This document shows, one piece after another, positions 16,056 through 22,631 of a stretch of DNA of 32,001 nucleotides. A model generated the notes under the pieces. The model was not told the origin of the DNA and did not search any database. It saw nothing but the letters and a program-made list of their open reading frames with translations. Positions within the stretch are counted from its first letter, which is position 1. The number at the start of each line of letters is the position of its first letter. This DNA comes from a virus (Duplodnaviria; Caudoviricetes), in IMG/VR virus record IMGVR_UViG_3300016672_000047, positions 1 to 32,001 of that record; one strand, written 5' to 3'. The position numbers and the translations under genes are program-made.

Positions 16056-17533
16056 GGTTGTTCCTTTTCATCAAACGTCTCGATGGCATCAAGCGTCGTG
16101 TAATTGAGGCCAAGGTCCGTGGACCTGGCGAGGTCGGCAGCGTTTTCCGCGTCGATGGTTTCCGCGTCGTAGCCGTTGCGCAGACACATCTCACTGCGCG
16201 AGCCAAAGCCCGCCTGTACTTCCATCCGCCGCGCCTGTACGTCCTGCACCGGCTGGATGTAGGCCCAGCCTTGCGGCACCCAGCGCGTGCGCAGGTATTC
16301 GCGGCGACGTTGCGCGTAGTCCTCCAGCACCAGGGCGCCTGACAACACCGCCATGTCCATCCACGCGGCGCGCACTGGGCGACACAGCTGATGCACGTAC
16401 ACGCCGAATTGCAGTTGCTCCAGGCGGCGCCGGAACTCGTTGAGCACCACGCGCAGCGCCCGGTCGTTGACCTCGCGCATGTCGCCGGTGAGGATCTCGT
16501 AAGGCGTGCCCGAACCCGCCGCCGCAGCCATCAGTTGCTGACGCATGAAGTCCGGGTAGTTGTTGCCAGCATCCGGTGGCTTGGAGAACTCCACCTCTTC
16601 ACCTGGCGCCAGCTCCTGCATAGTGCCGGGCTCCAGGGCGACCATCGGCGTGAAGCCGTCGCGGTCGGTGGTCAGCAGTTGCCCGGTGACAGGGTCGCGT
16701 GGTTGCTGCCCGCTGTCCGGGGCTGGCCGCTTGATGAAGCCGGCGAATAGATTCGCCACCTCCTGGCGGAACAGCACCGCGTCGTCGTAGTTGTCCAGGC
16801 TGCGCAGGCGCTTCAGCACCGGGGCCAAACGGGGTACGCCTCGCAACTGCCCCGGTTCCATCGGCTCAAAGATGTGCAGCACCTGCGCCGCCGGAACACG
16901 CACCAACTGGTTGTAACCGGCATTCAACGACGACGAATCGCGTGGGTGCGACAGGTACATCCAATACGCCACACGCTTGCCGGCCGGGTTGAACTCGATC
17001 CCGGCGCGGATCACGTTGCCGTTTTTGGCCGTCTCGAACTTGTCGTGTGGGACAAACTCAGGGGCCAGCGCCTGCAGCTGCAGCGGCACCGCCAAACCTT
17101 CACTGGGGCTGCGCGGTCGCAACCGCACAAAGCACTCGCCGGCCGTTTCCACGGTGCGCGCCACCAGGGCCTGCATGCCGTAGAAGTCGGTCAGCTCATC
17201 GGCGTCCGCTTCGTCCACCCAGTCATCCCACAGCTGCTGCTGGAGTTTGCGCAGATCGGCGTCTTCAGTCGTCGGCCTGGGCGTGATGCCCGTGCCGATC
17301 AGGTTGCTGACGCGCTTGTCGATGACGTTGAACGCGTACGGATCATTGCGCACCGCCGCCCGCGAACGTGCTCGCAGGTTGCGCAACGCCGGGGTGTTGA
17401 TGCTGTTGATACCGTTGTCGGTTGCTTCCCAACTGGCCGAGCGGCGGCCCTCGCCGGCGCCTTCGTAACTGGCCTTGATGTTCGACGGCAGCAAGAATCC
17501 GTTACGGGTCAGCGTCGGATAATGTCGGGCCAT
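16052..17533 (-). CDS. Portal protein, lambda family
   Basis: LRARSRAAVRND, RPGQ-like EPGQLRGVP, YEILTGD and WAYIQPVQD motifs. Confidence 0.95.
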   Translation of the reverse strand: MARHYPTLTRNGFLLPSNIKASYEGAGEGRRSASWEATDNGINSINTPALRNLRARSRAAVRNDPYAFNVIDKRVSNLIGTGITPRPTTEDADLRKLQQQLWDDWVDEADADELTDFYGMQALVARTVETAGECFVRLRPRSPSEGLAVPLQLQALAPEFVPHDKFETAKNGNVIRAGIEFNPAGKRVAYWMYLSHPRDSSSLNAGYNQLVRVPAAQVLHIFEPMEPGQLRGVPRLAPVLKRLRSLDNYDDAVLFRQEVANLFAGFIKRPAPDSGQQPRDPVTGQLLTTDRDGFTPMVALEPGTMQELAPGEEVEFSKPPDAGNNYPDFMRQQLMAAAAGSGTPYEILTGDMREVNDRALRVVLNEFRRRLEQLQFGVYVHQLCRPVRAAWMDMAVLSGALVLEDYAQRRREYLRTRWVPQGWAYIQPVQDVQARRMEVQAGFGSRSEMCLRNGYDAETIDAENAADLARSTDLGLNYTTLDAIETFDEKEQP

Positions 17534-17739
17534 TAGATTCCCTTGCCTCCGTGGGTAAGCCGGATTACGCGAGAACGTGGCCCGGCGGCTTGGCTCAGTG
17601 ACGTGCGGATCTCGTCGCGGGCCTTGAGCAGTTCGTCGATAGAGCGGTACTCCACCGTGCGGTCGCTGTAGCGCACGGTCTTTTCACCGCGTGCAATGGC
17701 GCGCTCGATGGCTTCGAGGTGCTTCGGGGTAAACGACAT
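17533..17739 (-). CDS. Head-to-tail joining protein W (gpW-like)
   Basis: 68 aa, LEAIERAIARGEKTVRYSDRTVEYRSIDEL. Lies between terL and portal. Confidence 0.88.
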   Translation of the reverse strand: MSFTPKHLEAIERAIARGEKTVRYSDRTVEYRSIDELLKARDEIRTSLSQAAGPRSRVIRLTHGGKGI

Positions 17740-17740
17740 A

Positions 17741-19765
17741 TCAGCGTCTCTTCAGGTAACCGCTGGTGGAGCTGCGGCGTTGTGGGGGTGCAGCGGGTCG
17801 CGGTTGGGCCACAGGTGCAGCAGGTGGCGGTGCGCGTAGCGACTGACGCGCCGCAACAGGTGCCGGTGTTTCGTCAGCGTCGACGCGCTCGCCTTGTACG
17901 GGTTTGACGCCCAACACATCGTCGAACAAACCGGACTGAGCCAGCGCTTGGCGTACCCGCTCCCAGTCGTGTTCCTGGTAGCGGTTGATGCCCAGGTAAT
18001 GCGCCATCGCCAGGCAGTACACCATCAGGTCGAGCGCTTCGTTGCGCTCAGCCTTGCCCTTGACCCACTCGATGCGCTTGTAGCCTTTGACGTAGCGGGC
18101 GACCTTGCGCTCGGCCACGCACTGGGCGAAGAACTCGTCCGGCAGGTCTTTGGCAAAGTGCAGCGAACCGGGGCCGTCCTCGAAGGCGTAGCGGTTGTAG
18201 ATCCAGTCCTTTGCGGTGTCGGTACCGACAAACCACAGCTCGGCGCCACCACGTTCGGTCTGCCCCTTCCATGTCACGTCGACCATCGACGGCCGCTGAG
18301 CGATCACAGGTTTGCCGGGCTTGCTCGCGCCCTTGATGGCGAAGATGTTGCGCCAGCGCCGCACACGACAGAACTGATAAACCTCATCGGTGTGGTGACC
18401 GCCGGAGTCGACGCCAGTTGCCAAAATCGCCAAGCCGACACCGCAAGGATGCCGGTAGCGAACTTTGAGTTTCTCGTCCAACACCGCCCAGGTACGCTCA
18501 TCTGCAGGGTCGCCCCAGATCACCTGGTGATCGACTACCCAGCGTTCCATGCCGACACCAAAGCCCATCACCATCAGCTCCAGGCGGTTGGCCTGGACGT
18601 CTACGGCGCCAGTCAGCATCAGCACGCCCACCGGCATGGTGCCGAGGGTGTAGGTTTCCAGCCGTGCCCGAGCGACCAGCACTTCGGCCTTGGTCTGCTC
18701 TTGCGCGCTGTCCCAGACCTTGGCAAGGCGGGTGTTGTAGAACACCTGCATCAGCCCCATGTCGCCCTTGGCCTGGGCCTTCTTGGCGTCTTCGAACTCC
18801 TCGGCAAGCGACGGCCAGTCCTTCCAGCCAATCGGCGAGTACAGCGCGTTGAGGTGGAAGCCGACCGTCTTGCCATCGCCGCTGCCATGGGCACGCCACT
18901 CGCCACGGGCGAGCATGTCGGTCTTGTGATGCTCCTCAATCAGGACGTCACATTCAGGCGCGGCGCACTGGTAGTGAACCGTTCTGTAGTCCTTGCTGTA
19001 GAGCAGCCCTTCCCATTCCAGCACCTGCATGTGCCCGCATGACGGACACGGCACGTAGTAGTAACGCTGGTCGCTGGACTCGAACAGATCCGCGATCCGC
19101 GAGGCGCCCTTGATCGTCGGCGAGCTGGAGAAGTAAATCTTGGCGTTGCGGCCAAAGTTCGTCGCCCGCGTCTCTGCCAGCACTATTGGGTCACCTTCCT
19201 GGCCGACATCGTTTTCCCACCGGTCGACCTCGTCGCCGTAGATATAGCGCGCCGACAGCTCGGACAAGTTGGCCGCAGAGCCCGCCGTGGTGACGTACAA
19301 AGCGCCGCCCTCGAACTCCTTTGTGTCCATGGTGTTGCGCGCATCCCGCGAGCGGCTGGCCGCTACACGCTTCGCCAGTTCCGGGGTGGCCTTGATCGTC
19401 TTACTGATCCGCCCCGAGACACGCTTGGACAGGCTCAGACTCGGCAACAGCGCCAGGATGTTGGAAGGCGCCATGTGGATCAGGCCGCCCATCCAATTCA
19501 ATGCGATCTGGGTTTTCATCAGTTGCGAAGCCACCATGGTGACCACTCGCCGGCACGGGTGAGCCGGTGACAGGCAGCGCATCGGCTCGCGTGCATACGG
19601 CGTCCGGTCGGTACGGTACTGGCCGGGCTCAGGCGCGCCGGTGTCTCGCGGGATGCGCATGTACTCGTCGGCCCACTCGTCGATCCAGAGGTCTGGGTCG
19701 GGACGTAGCCCACGGAAATACGCCTCACGGTACGCACGGTCACCGTCAGGAATTTCCGTGGTCAT
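17741..19765 (-). CDS. Terminase large subunit (lambda gpA family)
   Basis: TPYAREPM, Walker-A variant ASQLMKT, YGDEVD, SSPT, CPSCGHMQ, AVDVQ, VDSGG and RNEALD motifs. Confidence 0.96.
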   Translation of the reverse strand: MTTEIPDGDRAYREAYFRGLRPDPDLWIDEWADEYMRIPRDTGAPEPGQYRTDRTPYAREPMRCLSPAHPCRRVVTMVASQLMKTQIALNWMGGLIHMAPSNILALLPSLSLSKRVSGRISKTIKATPELAKRVAASRSRDARNTMDTKEFEGGALYVTTAGSAANLSELSARYIYGDEVDRWENDVGQEGDPIVLAETRATNFGRNAKIYFSSSPTIKGASRIADLFESSDQRYYYVPCPSCGHMQVLEWEGLLYSKDYRTVHYQCAAPECDVLIEEHHKTDMLARGEWRAHGSGDGKTVGFHLNALYSPIGWKDWPSLAEEFEDAKKAQAKGDMGLMQVFYNTRLAKVWDSAQEQTKAEVLVARARLETYTLGTMPVGVLMLTGAVDVQANRLELMVMGFGVGMERWVVDHQVIWGDPADERTWAVLDEKLKVRYRHPCGVGLAILATGVDSGGHHTDEVYQFCRVRRWRNIFAIKGASKPGKPVIAQRPSMVDVTWKGQTERGGAELWFVGTDTAKDWIYNRYAFEDGPGSLHFAKDLPDEFFAQCVAERKVARYVKGYKRIEWVKGKAERNEALDLMVYCLAMAHYLGINRYQEHDWERVRQALAQSGLFDDVLGVKPVQGERVDADETPAPVAARQSLRAPPPAAPVAQPRPAAPPQRRSSTSGYLKRR

Positions 19766-19768
19766 AGG

Positions 19769-20362
19769 TCAGCTCGTCGTCATCGCTCGTTCAAGGTCGG
19801 AAGAAGACATGCGCTCAGCCTCTTCCAGTGATTTACGGAGTGTCGCCGTCAGGTGTTTTTCGATGTCCCACGGGTCGGTCATCGCGGCCAGTTTGTGGGA
19901 CAGTTGGGGCAGCAAGCCGAACAACTGATCACGCAGATGGCGCCCGGCGTTGTAGGCGCCAAGCTCCACCGCCTCCCTGGCAACCAGTGAGCCCTGCGCC
20001 TTGTGCAGCTCAATCTCGGCCAGTTGCGCCAGGTTGTGTTCGCGCATGGCGCGCGCCTTCTGGAAGTCGTGGCCCTTGACGGTAAGAGTTTGCTGCGGCG
20101 CAGCCGTGTTAGTCGGCTCGGCCAGGGGCGACAATTGGCTGTAAACGTCACGCTGAATCCGGTCCTGCTTGTGTCGAGCAGCGACGGCAGCCTTGCTAGG
20201 GTCGGCGGTTTCAAGGATCAGCGCCTCGGTTGCCAGCACGTCGACCATCTTGCCGTCCGGCGATAGCACCAGGCGGTTGTTGCCTTTGAGCCAGGTGATG
20301 TAACTCGGCGTCCTGCCGATGCGAGCCGCGAAAGCGCTTTTAGAGAGGTAAAGAGGCAACAT
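19769..20362 (-). CDS. Terminase small subunit
   Basis: N-terminal HTH (SKSAFAARIGRTPSYITWLK) and FQKARAMREH...KAQGSLV coiled region. Directly upstream of terL. The exact start is uncertain. Confidence 0.85.
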   Translation of the reverse strand: MLPLYLSKSAFAARIGRTPSYITWLKGNNRLVLSPDGKMVDVLATEALILETADPSKAAVAARHKQDRIQRDVYSQLSPLAEPTNTAAPQQTLTVKGHDFQKARAMREHNLAQLAEIELHKAQGSLVAREAVELGAYNAGRHLRDQLFGLLPQLSHKLAAMTDPWDIEKHLTATLRKSLEEAERMSSSDLERAMTTS

Positions 20363-20436
20363 TTGAAGGAGATCCCGAGAGGAATGGAAAGGGGATTGAA
20401 ATACATTCCCCCTCCGATTCGATATGGGAGTTGGAG

Positions 20437-20742
20437 TTACTTGGCGAAGTGGGCTTCCATGTAGGTCAGCAATGTCGAGGTAGTCAGTTGACTTTCGGGA
20501 AGCACATCATGCTTAACGTCCTGATCATCGTCCTTGTTTGCCACCGCGATAGCGAATTCACCGGGCTTGCTATCCATCGTCATAACGATGATTCGTTTTT
20601 TTGTGGCAGTACAGTCGAGCACAGCAGAATGGCCGTCTCGAATATACAAAGGTCCACAAGACACCGATGCTCCGTCATAAAGTTTGGTAAAAACACTGAA
20701 AGCCTCCGCCGCCACCATCATCATCTGCTCACCAATTGCCAT
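20437..20742 (-). CDS. Hypothetical protein (moron between cos and terS)
   Basis: 101-aa ORF with AGGTG RBS in an AT-richer segment. No recognisable family. Confidence 0.7.
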   Translation of the reverse strand: MAIGEQMMMVAAEAFSVFTKLYDGASVSCGPLYIRDGHSAVLDCTATKKRIIVMTMDSKPGEFAIAVANKDDDQDVKHDVLPESQLTTSTLLTYMEAHFAK

Positions 20743-20904
20743 GTGTTCACCTAGTGCTTATGAAAACCACATGGAAACACATTCCTAGCGATCATGAATA
20801 GCCAAAAGCCACCACCAAAATTCACCATGAAAATTCAGAATTTCAACACGGCCACTTCAATTTCAATGGATTGAATTTCAGTAAGCTGGCGGTCCTCCCG
20901 CTAA

Positions 20905-20957
20905 CGCTTTCCCGCGGGTTTCATGCCCCGTGTCCCTCGAATGCCCCCAGGGTCCCC
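20905..20957 (-). other. Putative cos site (cosN 12-mer GGGCATGAAACC at 20928..20917, cosQ-like GGGACCC at 20956..20950)
   Basis: Minus strand ...ACG-GGGCATGAAACC-CGCGGG mirrors lambda ACG-GGGCGGCGACCT-CGCGGG and lies upstream of the terminase genes. Confidence 0.7.
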
Positions 20958-21025
20958 GGCGGCCTTTCGGCGCTTCATTTTGGTGTAAACCCCTACAGGC
21001 CACGTATTCCGTGGCCTCCAGCGCA

Positions 21026-21370
21026 TCACGCCTGACCGCCACCCGAGGGCGGCACATCGCACACACCCAACCGCTTGGCGGCCCAGCGTTCATACAGGCC
21101 GATGGCGACATCGGCGCCGGCCATCGCGGTGAGGCATCCGATACTTCCCGCTGCCAGGACCGACATGCCTGACGCGTGCAGCAACATCATGGTGGAAAGC
21201 CCGCAGACCACGCAGGCCCCGGACCGAAGCAGCAAGCGGCGGACCAGGGACCAGCCGCTTACCCCCGCCTTGTCGGCCCGCCATGCCTCGCCGGAAATCC
21301 CGCCGACCAGGGACAGTAGGATCACCATCCAGACCGGCATCTCAATAAGCGCTTGCTGCTCGTTCGTCAT
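21026..21370 (-). CDS. Holin (Pseudomonas phage/pyocin type)
   Basis: MTNEQQALIEMPVWMVILLSLVGGISGEAWRADKAG..., multiple hydrophobic segments, basic C-terminus, GGAG RBS. Confidence 0.85.
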   Translation of the reverse strand: MTNEQQALIEMPVWMVILLSLVGGISGEAWRADKAGVSGWSLVRRLLLRSGACVVCGLSTMMLLHASGMSVLAAGSIGCLTAMAGADVAIGLYERWAAKRLGVCDVPPSGGGQA

Positions 21371-21376
21371 CACTCT

Positions 21377-21410
21377 CTCCAATGCAAAAACCCGGCTCAG
21401 GGCCGGGTTT
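21377..21410. terminator. Hairpin upstream of the holin RBS (U-tract on minus strand)
   Basis: AAACCCGGC-N5-GCCGGGTTT inverted repeat, followed on the minus strand by TTGCATTGGAG. Confidence 0.65.
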
Positions 21411-21456
21411 CTTGATATCGTCGGTTGTTCAACTTCAATTTAAAACAGGGTGTTAC

Positions 21457-21804
21457 ATGGATGCTTCTGGGGTTTTCACAGGCTTGCTTACGACCGTGAT
21501 CGGAGGAAGTTTTGTCGCTTGGCTGTTTGCTCCAGCAGACGTCTTAGGCGGAGCGGTACGCCGCCTCAAAATTATGGGAAGCATCTTGTATCGGTCTCTA
21601 GCCCTTCTAGGTGCTCTCGCAATGCTAATTAGTTCTGCTAATGAGTTTTACAAATTCGCTTATTCCGAAGCGCCGATCCAGAGAATGGAAGTAATAGGCT
21701 TGTTCTTCTACATGCTGAACTTTTTCGTGTACCTGGTGGCTACCATTGCGGTGACTGCAATCTGGGCCAAAGGAGAAGGTTCGAATCGTTCAGAACGCCC
21801 TTAG
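21457..21804 (+). CDS. Small membrane protein (about 3 hydrophobic segments), moron
   Basis: ATG 21457 behind AGGGTG. AT-rich, oriented opposite to flanking genes, with long hydrophobic stretches. Confidence 0.75.
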   Translation: MDASGVFTGLLTTVIGGSFVAWLFAPADVLGGAVRRLKIMGSILYRSLALLGALAMLISSANEFYKFAYSEAPIQRMEVIGLFFYMLNFFVYLVATIAVTAIWAKGEGSNRSERP

Positions 21805-21835
21805 CCTTGCGGTCGCACCTATCGAAGATGGGTAC

Positions 21836-21864
21836 TTTTTACAGGTCGATTCCGGTGGCAGCAA
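21836..21864 (-). promoter_or_regulatory. Candidate late promoter
   Basis: Minus strand TTGCTG-17 bp-TAAAAA, pointing into the holin/head/tail operon. Confidence 0.5.
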
Positions 21865-21885
21865 GTGAGTTTTAATGCCATGGCG

Positions 21886-21940
21886 CAATACGGGTGCAAT
21901 ACAGGTATGACGCAGGTGCAACGCAGGTACAACGCATTCA
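21886..21940. repeat. Five tandem degenerate 11-bp repeats
   Basis: CAATACGGGTG CAATACAGGTA TGACGCAGGTG CAACGCAGGTA CAACGCATTCA. Confidence 0.8.
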
Positions 21941-21969
21941 TTCGGCTGTCGCTTCTGGTGCCCCGTCTG

Positions 21970-22242
21970 ACCTGTCCCACTACTCTTGATCGAAGTAGGA
22001 CAGCTACAGGCGTCTGAATACGGGGCTCTGCACTGCTGTCCTACCTTTATTACTATTCTCTTGTGTATAGAGAGAAAGCTAAAAGCACGCGTGCGCGCCA
22101 TGGGCGCGATTACGTGCCCGCTACGCTCATGTGTGCGTGGGGCGGGTGAAGGTTGGACGGTAGGACAGGCCAACAATAGCGCGGCCTGCGCCTGTCCAAC
22201 TGCGCTAAATGGCATTCGGACAAGGGCGGACAGTAGGACAAA
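21970..22242. repeat. Candidate replication origin: GTNGGACA(G) repeats in both orientations around an AT-rich core
   Basis: Copies at about 21971, 21995, 22036, 22152, 22160, 22191 and 22218-22241. AT-rich tract at about 22046-22085. Downstream of the primase-helicase. Confidence 0.6.
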
Positions 22243-22265
22243 GGCACACGGAGTAACGCCGGACG

Positions 22266-22631
22266 TCATGCAGCCTTCCCCATCAGCATGCCGGCAATGT
22301 GCAGGTGGGCTTCGTGCAGACGCTGGTAGTAGGTATCCCGACCGCATCCGCAATGGGTGTACTTCTGCGAGAGGAAGCTTTCGTGGTTGCAGTAATGCTC
22401 ACGCACGACGACCGACAGCTGCGGCGGCAAGTGCTTGTTGACGATCAGCTCGATGTCGGCCGATTCATCCAGCAGCACCCGACTGCCGCGTGTGCCGCGT
22501 ATCAACTCGCCCTTGCATTCCATGAGCATGGCGATCATGTTGCCGCCACTCGGCCCTCCCCCGTTTTCCGGCATAGGTGAGTGCAGATCCTGCGCCCATA
22601 GTTTGAGCATCTCGTCGATTCGCTTAATCAT
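22266..22631 (-). CDS. Putative late-gene regulator (Q-like position, C-terminal HTH)
   Basis: IDEMLKLWA N-terminus and CGCGRDTYYQRLHEAH C-terminal HTH-like end. Last gene before the late promoter. Function is inferred. Confidence 0.6.
   Translation of the reverse strand: MIKRIDEMLKLWAQDLHSPMPENGGGPSGGNMIAMLMECKGELIRGTRGSRVLLDESADIELIVNKHLPPQLSVVVREHYCNHESFLSQKYTHCGCGRDTYYQRLHEAHLHIAGMLMGKAA

Noticed and set aside
13549-16103. Long plus-strand ORFs (472 aa at 13549..14967, 372 aa at 14985..16103) and similar ones at 3181, 5618 and 17894
   Set aside because: These are antisense shadows of well-supported structural genes, expected in GC-rich DNA with biased third positions. They have no RBS or recognisable domains.
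21886-21940. Possible CRISPR or mini-array
   Set aside because: The units are 11 bp, directly abutting, with no spacers. There are no cas genes in the window.
21790-22441. ORFs 21790..22353 (-) and 21986..22441 (+)
   Set aside because: They have low-plausibility Cys/Ala/Arg-rich translations over a repeat-rich regulatory/origin region and no RBS.
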